Assembly (NCBI GenBank): GCA_964016885.1
Contig: OZ024740.1
Coordinates: forward strand, 51,770,001 to 51,834,000
Length of the DNA stretch: 64,000 nucleotides
Direction: 5' to 3'
DNA from: Eledone cirrhosa
Taxonomy: Eukaryota
The notes below the pieces were generated by a model. That model saw only the letters and a list, made by a program, of their open reading frames with translations, had not been told where the DNA came from and ran no database searches. Positions 40,397 through 53,269 of the stretch are shown piece after piece; position 1 is the stretch's first letter; each line of letters begins with the position of its first letter. The translations under genes were made by a program, and so were the position numbers.

Positions 40397-40401
<5 letters not shown>
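39730..40401 (+). mobile_element. Dispersed copy of the satellite unit: inverted partial unit plus one full unit with ~20-nt terminal redundancy
   Basis: Bases 39730-39957 are in the array's plus orientation and 39959-40401 are reversed. cgtttcattt(t)tttccgttta occurs at both ends of the reversed part. The copy is flanked by (TA)n. Confidence 0.9.
40066..40150 (+). ncRNA. Type I hammerhead with extended stem I; predicted cleavage after A40126 (GUA)
   Basis: ttcaac/gttgaa, ctggca/tgtcag, aagg/cctt and acgttg/cagcgt enclose CTGACGA (40096-40102) and GAAA (40117-40120). Confidence 0.88.
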
Positions 40402-40431
<30 letters not shown>

Positions 40432-40626
40432 TAAATCTACCAAGAGTTTACGGTAGTGTCCAATCCGTATGAAGAACTCAATGTAATCCGGATATCATGG
40501 AAAGAAGAGATGCAATGAAAAATCACTTTCGGTGAAAGATAAACGGAATACAGAGTCAAAATAAAATATTAAAAAAATAATGAATAAAACAATGAAACAG
40601 TTCCTTATATTAAACAAAAAAAGTTC

Positions 40627-40773
40627 ATTATTTAACGATCGTTTCTAGGATATATATGTGTTAGAATTGGCATGCATATTCAACAGATCTATGTACAAAA
40701 TTATACAAAATTATACAAACTATCAAAATTAAATATACATACCCAACACATATATATGCCGTCTTCAGAAATA

Positions 40774-40775
<2 letters not shown>
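40627..40775 (-). ncRNA. Hammerhead motif with very long stem-loop II
   Basis: attattt-CTGAAGA-cggcatatatatgtgttgg...ctaacacatatatatccta-GAAA-cgatcg-TT-aaataat. Confidence 0.65.
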
Positions 40776-40864
<89 letters not shown>

Positions 40865-40972
40865 ATATATATATACACACACATATATATATATATATAT
40901 ATACATATAAATATATATATATATATATATACATATAAATATATATATATATATATATACATACATATATAT

Positions 40973-41056
40973 GGAGGCACATGGCTTAGGGGTTAGAGTA
41001 TTGGCCTTGCAATCGAAAGGTTGTGAGTTCAATTCTCAGACCGGCTGATGTGTTGT

Positions 41057-41058
<2 letters not shown>
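40973..41058 (+). mobile_element. tRNA-derived SINE head
   Basis: A-box-like tggcttaggggt and B-box-like gagttcaattc. The same head appears reversed near 45978 and 51825. Confidence 0.7.
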
Positions 41059-41103
<45 letters not shown>

Positions 41104-41105
<2 letters not shown>

Positions 41106-41268
41106 CGAAGGAAATGTGGTAAGGAACCAAGTGGACCATAACGCACCAAAGTACTCAATACTTAGAGTAGTAGAGTGGGTACTAGGAACAAGTAAGACCC
41201 CGACGGCTGAGCTCTGTACAGAATTAGCCGTCGAAACGGCTTGAGCTCAGCCGTCGGGGTCTTACTTA
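41104..41268 (+). mobile_element. Short (TA)n-inserted repeat family copy with fold-back end
   Basis: agtaagaccccgacggctgagctc is inverted at the element end. Confidence 0.75.
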
Positions 41269-41289
41269 TATATATATATATATATATAG

Positions 41290-44200
41290 TTAAAGAAGAG
41301 TAACATGGTTGGCTGTACAATAAGGGCTTTATTTAAAGTACTGACAATTGTTTCGTTGATCAGTTGTGTCTAGAGTTCGCTAATCGCTTGAGGTTGCGTC
41401 AATCGATCTCCAATATATTGTTTACTGGTCAACACATCAGAGCACGTAGATATGAAAATAGTTCGAGGCAAGACTTATATAGAAAAGTAGCGTAACACCA
41501 AAACAATAACATCAATAATAAAATAGCGTATAATTAAAACAATAACATCAATAGTAAAACATGTATGGTAAATAGATAGAGAAGTTACAGATGTAAAAAA
41601 GTAAAATATAAGATAGGGTACATTAAAAAATAATAATAAGAAGAAGAAAATGAGGAAATGTAGAATACAAAGAAATAAAAGAGTGAGAGAGTGTACGTAG
41701 AATTAGATTTTAGTAGTTTTTGTTGAAGTGTTTTTTGGTGCTAACATGAGAAACCAGATTTGAGATGTGGAGGGTCCGATAAAAGAAAAGACAATAAATT
41801 AGAGATTAATTGATGTATACTTGTATGCTATTTATGGGCTGACATGGCGTTTGATAAACGTTTGTTGTAGATGTTTTGCTGATTGTTCTATCTTAATGAG
41901 GTTGATGGAGAGAGGGTGGAAGAAGTGTACAGATCAGTTGGCAGTTTGATAGCTAATAGTGGTGCGATAGTGTGTATTCTATATGTTAAAATCTAGGTGG
42001 TTCAGTACTAATTTTGGGATTGCTGGTTCAAATCATGGTGGTTTGAAGTTCGTAAATCTAGTAGCTATTTTATGCCTACAGAAAATGGATCTTTTTGCTG
42101 TTAAGCAGCATCCTATCGTGCCTTAAAATATATAGCAGTTCTAAATTACAGAGCCCGCAGTGGGACATACCGTTGCTGTAGGCTTTTGCTGTCGATAATT
42201 TCGACCAGCTAATCTTATATTCTAGGTTTTTGTCGTTAAGCTGCCAGATTTTATTGGCGAGCGTTGTAGAGTTCTCAAGTGCGCGGTTCCTCATGGGGTG
42301 TCTGTGGACGTACCACCTTTTCTTAAACTCCTCAGCTGTGGAACCTATGTAGTGCCAAGTAGAGTTGCCTGAATTCACAGTACACAGGTATAACATGCTT
42401 GAATCCAGGCATCTATTCCGTAGTGGGCACTTATCTGGTAGGTGGCAATTACAATTTGAGGTTTTATTTTGTGCAAGTTCGTCGTTGCGGTTTTGTAAGT
42501 TGTTGTGGGTGGGTTGTGATTTAGGCCTATTAATGTTTTGTTGTGATGCGTTCTGATGCATTTGTGGTTGTGATGTTGTTATGTGTTTGTGTTTTGTATT
42601 TGGTGCTATGGTGCGCGTTGGTGGGTTAATTTCTTTAGAGATATTTTTGTGGTTGATCTTACGTATGTGCGATTCTATGTTGGCTGCAGTAGAGTATGAA
42701 AGTTTTATAGTTTTTCTATTGAAGATTTTATGGTATTTGTGTAGTGTAGGGAAGTGTTTATCTATTAGTTTAAAGAATGTAGAAGGTAGTTTAGTTTTTA
42801 TAGAGGAGTTGAATATCGGATTGAACCATAGATATTTTCTTTCTCTGGTTCTTCTATAGTTTGGGGGGTTCCTATTATTAATGTTCTGTTCGGTTATTTT
42901 TGGTGCTCGTTGTCTAATTCTATGTTTAGTCCTATGCTTATTATTTCTGTATGAGCGGGTAGTGTTGATGTCATTAGGTTTGTTGTTGTTGTCTCTGTCT
43001 AGTATGTATTGTAGCTTCTCCTTATGTCCAGCCTTATGTAAAGCTATGTTATAATAGTTTGCGTGTTCGTTAAAAATTTTTAGGTTCGAAGATAGGCGGG
43101 ATATTCTGAGAGATATACTATGTGCTATGGAGTTAATTATGGATCGGGGGTGGTTTGAGTTGTAACTAATGTAGGCTAGATTTTCGTTATTCTTATGGAA
43201 GGGCTCTATTAATCCTGTGTTTAGGTTGAGAGTTACATCTAAGAAATTTGCTTTTTTAGAGTTAAGTTCGAAAGTGATACCTAGGCCAAGTTTTTTGAAG
43301 AATATTCTAATGGTTTTTCGTAATCTTTCCATGTTTTGATTATTTAAGTTTTGGGCTATAAGGAGCGAATCGTCTCTATAAATTCCTCCTTGGAGGTTAT
43401 TGAATTACTTATGTAAGTTGTGCGCTATATATATTCCCACCACGTCCGTTATTTGCGCTGAGTCGTTAGATCCTATTGTGATATCGAAGCTATTCTGTCT
43501 GTCTTTTCGTTCCCAGTAGTTATTTTCGAATTTAATGATAGTCCTTCTAGCAGCTAGTACTATTTTAATTTCGTCTGAGGTAAGGCCCGAATTATTCTGG
43601 GCAAAGGTTAGCGCTTGACCCAGGGTGACTGGGGAAATGGATGAGTAGTAGTCATTAATGTCGAATTGTATGAAGTTATAAGTTTCCCTATTGCTTATTT
43701 TGTTGAACCAGTCTATTGCTTCGTTAGTGTTACCCCATAGCTTAATTACTAGTTTGTCCTTAATTTGCGCGATTACTCTATCTAGAATATACTTGCTAAT
43801 TCTACCGATATCCGACTTAGATGGGCTTATTAATCTAATGGTGGGGGTCTGTTTCAAAATTATTTTTGTGATCCTTTAGGTTAAATGTGGGGTTACAAGG
43901 GGTTAGAGGCTCGGTTCTATCGGATATTTTCAGTTTTTTTACTATGCTTAGTCCTTCCTTATTAATGCTAGTGAGTGCAGATTCAGTTGTTTTTTTTTTG
44001 TATTTTTTTGTGCAATTCCCGGGGTATAAAATTATTGTATGTGTTAAGGCTCATGGTGTATACGTTTGATGTTTTGTCTGCTTTTACTATAATACCGTTG
44101 GTGTTGCGTAGTTTTTTTAGTAGCGCATTGATGTTATTTTGCAATTTGTTGTGATGTGTCCGTTTTTTTAAATTTAGTTCCACCTATCATGTTCATGAGG

Positions 44201-44290
44201 TCAAGCTCGAAGGCATTGAGCTGGGGGTTATTTGGTGGGTTTTTACGTACGTTAAAACTATCCACGACGCGGAGTAGTCTAACTGGATTA
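41290..44290 (-). mobile_element. Penelope-like element, RT plus GIY-YIG, disrupted
   Basis: Contains KADKTSNVY, RLISPSKSDIG, QFDINDYYSSI, an in-frame TAA, then GGIYRDDS, FLDVTLNL, WFNPIF, CNCHLPDKCPLRNRC and YIGSTAEEFKKRW. Confidence 0.92.
41338..41445 (-). ncRNA. Hammerhead motif (CUGAUGU variant, long loop II) downstream of a Penelope-like ORF
   Basis: gtgct-CTGATGT-gttgaccagt...actgatcaac-GAAA-caattg-TC-agtac. Confidence 0.6.
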
Positions 44291-44314
44291 CCTATAACGA
44301 TAACTTGTTATCCC

Positions 44315-44637
<323 letters not shown>

Positions 44638-44785
44638 TATTAAAATACTGGAGCGTGTTGGAGTTAAACACCCTCTTCGTATTATAGAAATGACAGTAAA
44701 AGGTATAGCTCAATGTAATTAAACAGAGCCGAAGAATTATGAAAGTAAAACAAAGAAGCTTTCAATACATCAAAAGTCTTTATTA

Positions 44786-44823
44786 GCCAACAATGTTTCG
44801 TCTTATTAAGGACTCATCAGGGC
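44786..44823 (-). ncRNA. Minimal hammerhead ribozyme motif
   Basis: gcc-CTGATGA-gtcc-ttaataa-gac-GAAA-cattg-TT-ggc. Confidence 0.7.
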
Positions 44824-45524
44824 AATTAAAACAACAAGAAGTATTATCGGCCAATACAAGCCGAAAACTCCAAAGAATATGGAGTGTACATACACTAAAG
44901 TATTGCAAGATTATGGGTAAAAATATATAATAAAAATCACTAAGGAGGTGTATAACATTTAGAACCATATTACAAAAATAGTCCAAAACAAAAAAAAAAA
45001 CCTAGAGCTAAACAAAGGTGGTTATATAGAGCGGGAATTATATATAATACTATATAATATAATATAATATACTTGTAACAATATTAAAATTACAATAAAA
45101 ATTAAAAGGTACAATATACATATGTATATATGTACGCACACGTACGCACATATACACATACATCAATACACATATCCATCTTCAACAGCACAAATTAAAC
45201 CTTATTAAGAGTTTAAATATAAATAAACATGATAGGAATAAAAATAATAATAATAATAATAATACGTATATCTAATATACATGAGGTAATAATATGATAT
45301 GATTATAAGTAGCACATATAATATATAATAAACTATACAATTATATACTATATAATATAATATAATAGATGATAATCTCCGGTTAATTTACACAAACAAT
45401 ATAGATGTCACAATAATACTATAATAATAATATAATAACATATATAATATATAATATGTAATGGCATGCAAGTTAACAAATCAATTCATATAGAGTTACA
45501 GAGTAGGTGAAAAAAAAATATCGA

Positions 45525-45978
45525 GAGCGTGTAGGTGTCATGACAAAAAATCACAGTCCACGCTGTAATGTGGCCGTGTAGGTAACACGGTAAAAAGCAC
45601 CCAGCACTCACTGTAAATGAGGTTGGTGTTAGGAAGGGCATCCAGCTGTAGAAATCAAGCCAGAATCAGTTCCCGCCCCACCCTTGCAAGCAGGGAAAAA
45701 GCGGACGTAAAATGAAATGAATGATGATGATGATTTCTACAGCTGGATGCCCTTCCAGTGCTGGGTGCTTTTTTGCCATGGCACCTCCACGACTACTTTG
45801 CAGTGGAATGATATAGACCCCAGTCCCTATCATCTCATTTCTACAGCTGAGTAAACTGGAGCAATGTGAAATAAAGTGTCTTACTCAAGGAAACAACACA
45901 TCACCCAGTCTAAGAATTGAACTCACAACCTTTCGATTGCAAGGCCAATGCTCTAACCACTAAGCCATGTGCCTCCAT
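45525..45978. mobile_element. RTE-type 3' tail (+, to ~45733) joined to a tRNA-derived SINE (-)
   Basis: A (GAT)n tail is followed by a reversed SINE whose head lies at about 45900-45978. Confidence 0.7.
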
Positions 45979-46299
45979 ATGTATATATATATATACACAT
46001 AAATATAACTTTGATAACTTTGATAGGTTTCGGCCAGTATTGGCCCAAGCCATGTCTAACTAATAGCAGCACCTGCCAAAGTTTTTCAAATCAGGATTTG
46101 GGCACCATGGCCCACTCAAGTAGAGAGTTATTGTTTATGGAGATATATCCAGGTGTAGGAGGTTTATCTGGATTTCTTGAAGGAATTTGTCCAAAGACTC
46201 TTGAACTTTATGGGGTCTGTTTCTGTTTTAATGTGTTTTGGTGAAATGTTAAAGAGAGCAGGGCCAATTGAAGTGAAATAATTGTGTCTTATTGTTGTT

Positions 46300-46560
46300 A
46301 TGAGATGCGAGTGTGATTTTTGTTGTAGGCAGATAGCACGGGGCCCAAGCCTTGGATGATTCCAACATCATTTGGGCAATGCTGATAGAATATTTTCCAC
46401 ATCATGCAGATAATGTAGTGCTCACGGCGACATTGGAGAGAATGAAGGTTGAGCTTTTTTAATCGACTCCAATAGTCAAGACCTGTTATGCCATCTATCT
46501 TTTTCATAATCCAACAAGCTACAAAAAAAATCCCCAGAGAAAAATGGCGCTCAGCCAAAC
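46300..46560 (-). mobile_element. Decayed CR1-like LINE 3' fragment
   Basis: GLDYWSRLKKLNLHSLQCRREHY. Confidence 0.6.
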
Positions 46561-46932
46561 AGACAACAACTTGATCACCTTTGAGTCAAAAACATTTTCC
46601 TCTGTCTTTTTGTAGCCTGTTGGATTGTGTTTACCATTATTCCTTTATTATATAACTATTATGCAATTAACACTCGATGTCACCAGGATCTTATGGAACC
46701 TGGCCACTGAAATGTACATTATGTTTGCTATAATAAATCTTTGAAGGAATTTCACCAGTCCGGATTTCTGTCATTTTACTCAATAATAATTAACTCCATT
46801 CTCCCACCACCAACAAGATTCAACATCAAAGATGGATGAGTTGCATAATGTTGAGTGCTTTTCCTAATATTACATCATGGTTGGCTATACTGAATGACCA
46901 GTTCTATCCAGTGTTGAACCACCAAACTTAAA

Positions 46933-47016
<84 letters not shown>

Positions 47017-47167
47017 GGCAGGGGGATAAATAGATAGATAGATACTACTACTACAGTCGAGAAAATATAGGTAGAGTGGAAATGTAGAAAATTGTAAAAT
47101 AATTAAACACTGAAAGTTGGACCTTTGGCAATACCTGGTACTGTAGCTTTGGATTGAACTCACTCTC

Positions 47168-47223
47168 TCAGTCATTCTTTATCAACTTGATGAAGATTGC
47201 CATAGCATCACCTCTTTCCAGTC
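47168..47223 (-). CDS. Coding exon 5 (last) of the PAN-domain gene
   Basis: Acceptor ttgttacag|GA, phase 1; encodes GLERGDAMAIFIKLIKND-stop. Confidence 0.75.
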
Positions 47224-47917
47224 CTGTAACAAAATAATAGGTCCCATAATGTTTTAGTTGTACAAATTGAGGATCATACACACAGAATCTATAATAATCA
47301 TTGGACCCCTTGCATTTTCTCTTATAGTTTGGTACTGTTACCTCATTAAGGACTCCATTCTATTATTTTATTCCCTCACTCTCCACATGACTCTTATCTC
47401 ATTCTTTTGTCTCTGTCCACACTTTCTTCTCGGTGTGTCACTTGATCTGTGTTTGTTTTTGTCTCCATGGGTCTAACAGACCCTCTTCATCACATACTGT
47501 TTGACTTAAATGTCATCCATTTAATGTGCAATTTCACATAAGTTCTGTTTTATTTTTATCTTGTTGAAGTGACCACAAATGGACCAACAGTACTGTTGGT
47601 AGGAGTCAAAACTATGTACATCTATTTCAATGACCAATGACCATGGAGCTTTCAAACCAGCTTCTAATACACACACATACATATATCGACAGTTGGTCGA
47701 CTTTTGTCAAATTGGATGGAGGAAACAGTGTTTTCATTGGTCTTTCCAATTTCTAATACTATCTATCGGTTGCAACTCCACGTAGAAGGAGCAACGTGAA
47801 ATAAAGTGTCTTGCCCAAGTACATAACACATTGAATTGAACTTACAATCGTAAGGTTGTGAGTTCAATTCTCTAACCACCCAGCCACGCGCCTTCACTTT
47901 ATATATATATATATAAA

Positions 47918-49020
47918 GAGCCCAGATCCCCTTAGGGAAATGGCCTTGCTCAGTATGTAGTAAAGGTGTAGGTAGGAACTCAATCCTCTGCCCCAAATAC
48001 AAACAATGGGTACACAAGAGATGTAGTGGGATCTCAGGAAGGTTAGAAAAGTATGTACGCTTTACATGTAGCAGCTGCACCAGGACAGCAAGCAGCAAAC
48101 GGCCACAGGAAACAAGCACCACCAAACTCTGGGAGGGCGTGTAGAAACAATAGACAGCTTTTACTACCTAGGTGACCAAATTAGTACAGTAGCCAGGGTA
48201 AGAACGGGATGGAAGAAGTTCAGGGAGCTACTGCCACTGCTAGCTGCAAAAAGGCTTTTCCCTCAAAATGAAAGGCAGACTGTATGATGCATGTATACGA
48301 ACAGCAATGTTACATGGTAGTGAGACCTGGGTGCTGTTTGTGGAAGACTTGCGTAGATTAGAAAGAAACGAAGCCTGCATGCTCCGATGGATGTGTAATA
48401 GTAATATACGCGAACGGCAAAGTATAAATGAATTGAGAGAGAGACTAAGCATAAGAGGAATCAAATGCTGTGTGCAGGAGAGGATGTTACGTTGGTATGG
48501 ACATGTGATGCGTATAAAGGATGACAGCTGCATAAAAAGGTGCAGAGCACTAGAAGTCGATGGAAGCCATGGAGTGGGGAGACCCAAGAAGACCTGGGAT
48601 GAGGTGATAAAAGCCAACCTTACCCAATTACACCTCTCAAATGCGATGACACAGGGCCGCGACCTCTGGCGTCACGCAGTAATACAGAAGACCCGACTTC
48701 CCACGAGTACAAGCTGAAGCTGAAGCATATAGACAATATGCCCCCACCCCCTCCCACTGCAAAGTGGGAGGGGAGGGGCCGCGGCAAAAAAGCACCCAGC
48801 CCACACTGTAAAATGGACGTGTAGGCACCACGGAAGAAAAAGCACCCAGGACTCATTGTAAATGAAGTTGGTGTTAGGAAGGGCAACTAGCTGTAGAAAT
48901 TAAGCCAGAATCAGTTCCCATATGAGCAAGACATGGTCAGCCGACTGAACACTGCCGACAACAGGACAACCCGTCTAACCCATGCTAGCATGGAAGAATG
49001 GACGTAAAATGGTGATGATA
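47918..49020 (+). mobile_element. 5'-truncated RTE LINE with 3' UTR (intronic, antisense)
   Basis: ORF 48268-48717: KGRLYDACIRTAMLHGSETW...LRWYGHVMR...GRPKKTW. Confidence 0.88.
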
Positions 49021-49428
49021 ATATATATATGAAGCTGCTACAATGAATTAGAAATGAGAGATTTTGTTATCTTGGCAATATTTACTATTCCTGATATATT
49101 TTGGTGTCTATCCATTATTAAGGAAGTAGTAATTGAGTTCTGCATATGTATTTCACATGCACTTGGATCTTAGTGCTTGTTTCATCTGGGCAGTGGTAGT
49201 AAATCTTGCATGCACACTATATATGTGCATGGGTTTCAGTCAAGTCTATTTTTGTCATAGTAGATACCAGCTTCAGCAGATAGTAATGCTTGTTTAATTG
49301 GGGAAGTGGTGGCATAGCTGGTAGCTTGGATTTAGTCAAGCATTTTTGTTGGATTAGCTTCAGCTGATAGACAATTGTCAGTCACCACATAGCAGTAGGT
49401 GTTCTGTCAGAGTGGTGACTTATATCAA

Positions 49429-49636
49429 CCCTTTAGCATTTACATTTCTCTATATTTCCTATTGTATTATCACGGTAAATACTTTATTTCACATAATATC
49501 GAATCTACAAGATTTAGATATTATTTATTTCGAGAACAATACCTTAACATGAGTATAAGCAGCCAATTACAGCCAGTTTGAACAGAAAGAGGTGAGATAA
49601 TTCTTGCCTGATACAGCTGGTTTAAATGCTAAAGGG
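49429..49636. mobile_element. piggyBac-like MITE
   Basis: TIR CCCTTTAGCATTT...AAATGCTAAAGGG with TCAA/TTAA flanks. Confidence 0.75.
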
Positions 49637-50064
49637 TTAACCCAGGGTCAATAAGAGAAATACTACAAATAGCAATATTCTTGACACTTTGTCTCAAATT
49701 ATCTGCATTTATATTATATTCTATTTTAAAGGTTTGTCGGGTCATGCCATTATATTCTAAATTCTTTGTCTCGAATTATCTGCAGTTACATCACATCCTA
49801 TCTTAATCCTGCCAAGGTCAACTTTGCCTCTCACCTTTTCGGGAATGATAAAATACCAAACATGTTCTGAGGTTGACATAATCGATTTTTCTCTCCCTTC
49901 AAAATTGCTGCCCATGTAATTAAATTAGAAACTAATATTTATAATTCTGCCAATGCAGTTCAATAAACTCTTACTAATAATCTCCTCCCTAATGACATAG
50001 GGCTTGTACCTCTACACTCCCTTTTGTGTAATAATCTGATAAATATTATATAGTGTCTCCTTAC

Positions 50065-50225
50065 CTGAATGCCAGGTTATAGCTGTTGGGAGAGGTGAAT
50101 AGATGATTGTGGGAAAATGCTTAGAGTTCTGCCATTTGCAATATGAATCGTCAGAAACAACTAACCAGCCTTTTACAGTACTACATTTAACATTACTCAT
50201 TGCTATATAAAATCGCCGATTCTTC
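50065..50225 (-). CDS. Coding exon 4 of the PAN-domain gene
   Basis: tctttcag|G...CAG|gtaagg, phase 2 to 1; encodes KNRRFYIAMSNVKCSTVKGWLVVSDDSYCKWQNSKHFPTIIYSPLPTAITWHS. Confidence 0.8.
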
Positions 50226-50349
50226 CTGAAAGATAGAGCAGGAAGTTCATTAATAGTGTAGATGGATGACAACATTAATGACAGTGATAGTGATAACAAC
50301 TACAACAACAACAGCAAAAACAAAAAGCATTAATAACAATTATCACTTT

Positions 50350-50940
50350 CCAATCGTGATAATTAGATAAATGCACTGGATAGGTTTGCTGCCGAATGCT
50401 GCATGGCAGGAATGAAAATCAAAACTGCAAAGACAGACATTCAACCTCTTGGGAAAGCCTGTGCAGTGTGCTCTGCATGTGATTAGAGTTACTCTGAAAC
50501 AGGTGGACAAGTTCAAGTATCTCGTGACCATTTTCTTGAGTGATGAAATACAGGAGGCTGAATTAAATGATAGAATTGCTGGAGCATATGCCAGCATCAT
50601 TACTCGGTAACCAGAAGAAGGTTGTTGTTAAAACCAAACTTGTTATCTTTAATTCAGTGTTTATGATTGAAAGAATTCAATTGTGAATACAAGTGGCCGA
50701 AATGGGTCTTTAGAGTAAAATTACTTAATAAGGAGCATAACTTGAATATAAAGGAATTGCTACAGGTAGAACTGCTACTTATCTGCATTGAGAGATCACA
50801 GCTCTGTTACTACATGTGATTAGAATGTCTAAGGAAAGAATTGTTGGACATATTTTATGAGCAAAGCCAACTGGCAGGAGACCCAGAAGTAGATCACGAA
50901 TAAGATGGTTGCATAACATCCATAAACTTGATGGCCCTCT
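50350..50940 (+). mobile_element. Highly decayed RTE-like LINE fragment
   Basis: Remnants resembling GMKI...KT, QVDKFKYL and a GRRPR-like end. Confidence 0.5.
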
Positions 50941-51499
50941 AAGTAATAAGTGGGAAGAGAAGAGAGACAAAGAACAACAATTATGAGAGCAACAGTAAAA
51001 AGATGATGAAGAACAACAATAGCAACAACTACAGAAACAATAATAAATAACAACAACAATAGCAACTTTTTTAATAGAAAAAAATGGTTCAGGAGTTTTT
51101 CTCTAATAACTTTTGAGTTAAGACAATACACCTGCAGCATTGCCTAATCAGTGGATATTCTGTAATACCTAATCAGTGAATAATTATCTAAAAATCACTC
51201 TATCCTCTCAAAGTCATTCTCATATCTATTATCTAGATGTTAAACTATACTTTGCCGATGAGGTTTAATAAGACTGAAACATGTTTGGTATTATTCCAGG
51301 ATCTATTAAAGATAAGACTTATTATTCTTCACTGCATGTCACCATTTAATTTTTAATTTGTATTATATTTCTGAGCTCTTCTATTAAACTTCTTTGGCAG
51401 GGATTTTTATTAATATTAATTATTTTTCCACTTCTTAAGAGTGTAATTTCAATTGATTAAATTTTTTTTAACTCATTACAATCTAAAGGCTCTACTCGG

Positions 51500-51825
51500 T
51501 CACAAATGACCATGGTTTTTCTCCTAGAAAGTTTCCCTCTGAGGTACAAGCCTGGGCAACGTTTGTTTTGTGGAAGACCAGTAGTTGCCCATGCATACCA
51601 GTCTCTCCTCTCCACGCCACAGATATTGTCCAAGGGAAAGGCAATGACTGATTCAGCTTGGTACCAGTGATGTCGCAACTCATTTCTACAGCTGAGTGAA
51701 CTGGAGCAATGTGAAAATAAAATGTCTTGCTCAAAGACACAACACATCACCCGGTCCAAGAATCAAACTCACAACCTCTCAGTTGCAAGCCCAATGCTCT
51801 AACCACTAAGCCATGTGCCTTCACA
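51500..51825 (-). mobile_element. tRNA-derived SINE
   Basis: Same head and body as 45733-45978. Confidence 0.7.
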
Positions 51826-51916
51826 ACAATAATCTGTATATTAGCTAACACTGTCTAATTTCTTTTCCTGCAGAGGATGCCCATAGGAAATTTTCTAATG
51901 TCATTAATTTACTTAC

Positions 51917-52080
51917 TTATTTCCTTTTATGGAGAATACAGAAACAGTTGTTTTATTCAAGTCAGTCCAAGGGGATGATATAAGCCATGTGACATTAAAC
52001 CAATCATATGTTGTTGAATTAAGACCATTGAAGACCAATATCACCTTTTCAATGCCTTCTTTATAAACAACAAATTTCAC
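51917..52080 (-). CDS. Coding exon 3 of the PAN-domain gene
   Basis: ttccatag|GTG...AA|gtaagt, phase 0 to 2; encodes VKFVVYKEGIEKVILVFNGLNSTTYDWFNVTWLISSPWTDLNKTTVSVFSIKGN. Confidence 0.8.
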
Positions 52081-52259
52081 CTATGGAAGTAAAATTGTTT
52101 TATTTTAGTTTTGTTATGCCAACTAATTCTCAATAATGTTTTTATGCACCTTGCAGAAATGGTACCCTTCTTAATCATATATAAATAATATGTTACATTC
52201 CCAATTATGATTTATTAATATGGGAGACCTTTATGTAAAATAAATTAATTTTTAACACC

Positions 52260-52636
52260 ATCATCATCATCATCATCATCATTTTACGTCCGCTTTTACC
52301 TGCTTGCAAGGGTGGGACGAGAACTGATTCTGGCTTGATTTCTACAGCTGGATGCCCTTCCTAACACCAACCTCATTTACAGTGAGTGCTGGGTGCTTTC
52401 TTTTCTGTGGCGCCTACACAACCACTTTACAGTGTGGGCTGGGTGCTTTTTTGCTGTGGCACCTCCACGACCACTTTGCAGTGGAATGATAGGGACCCCA
52501 GCCCTATCATCTCATTTCTACAGCTGAGTAAACTGGAGCAATATGAAATAAAGTGTCTTGCTCAAAGAAACAACACATCACCTGGTCTGAGAATTGAACT
52601 CACAACCTTTCGATTGCAAGGCCAATGTGCCTTCAT
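52260..52636 (-). mobile_element. Full SINE: tRNA-like head, RTE-derived tail and (GAT)n
   Basis: The tail matches the RTE 3' UTR at 48780-49020. Confidence 0.75.
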
Positions 52637-52659
52637 GTAAGATATATTGATTTTTAATT

Positions 52660-53070
52660 AAGGCACAAGGCCAGCAAATTTCAGGGAAAGGCAAAGTTGA
52701 TTAAATTAACTCCAGTACTTGACTGGTACTTTACTTTATTGACCCTGAAATGATAAAATGCAAAGTTGACCTTCGTGGGATTTGAACTGAGAATCTAAAA
52801 AACCGGAACAAATACAACAATGGCATTTTATTTGACGTTCTACCAATTCTGCCAATCCAACACTCTTAATAATTTCTAGTTTAGGCACAAGGCCAGCAAG
52901 TTAGGAAAGAGGAAAGATTATTAAATCAACCCCAGTACATTACTGATACTTTATTCTCTCAATCCTGAAAGGCTGAAAGGCAAAGTTGACCTTGGAAGGA
53001 TTTGAACTCAATGTAAAAAGCTGGAGAAAATATTGCTACCCATTCTTTAGATGCTCTAACAATTCTCACA
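52660..53070 (-). mobile_element. Two adjacent copies of a second SINE family
   Basis: ggcacaaggccagcaa...aaagttgacctt...gatttgaact occurs twice; related copies lie at about 49800, 58505 and 61330. Confidence 0.6.
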
Positions 53071-53269
53071 TTCATGTAAGATATATTTATAAGATGCATT
53101 CATTTAAAATATATTGATTTGTGACATTCTCTTATAAGATACTAAATGGTGAACAGTTGATAAGAGAAGATAGGTAGAAGAGAAGACGACTGTATTGGAT
53201 GCATTGTCTGGTTTACAGTACGAGGCGAGACTGTGGTGCGTGTGTGACAAAAAAAAAAGTTAAAAACTT

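Noticed and set aside
40973-41058. tRNA gene
   Set aside because: The acceptor stem does not pair and related copies continue into a SINE body.
43400-43410. In-frame stop in the Penelope-like RT as possible selenocysteine recoding
   Set aside because: The codon is TAA, not TGA, so it is most simply a nonsense mutation.
51253-51290. CCGATGA...GAAACATGTT hammerhead-like motif
   Set aside because: Core U4 is changed and the stems are weak; at best a decayed relic.
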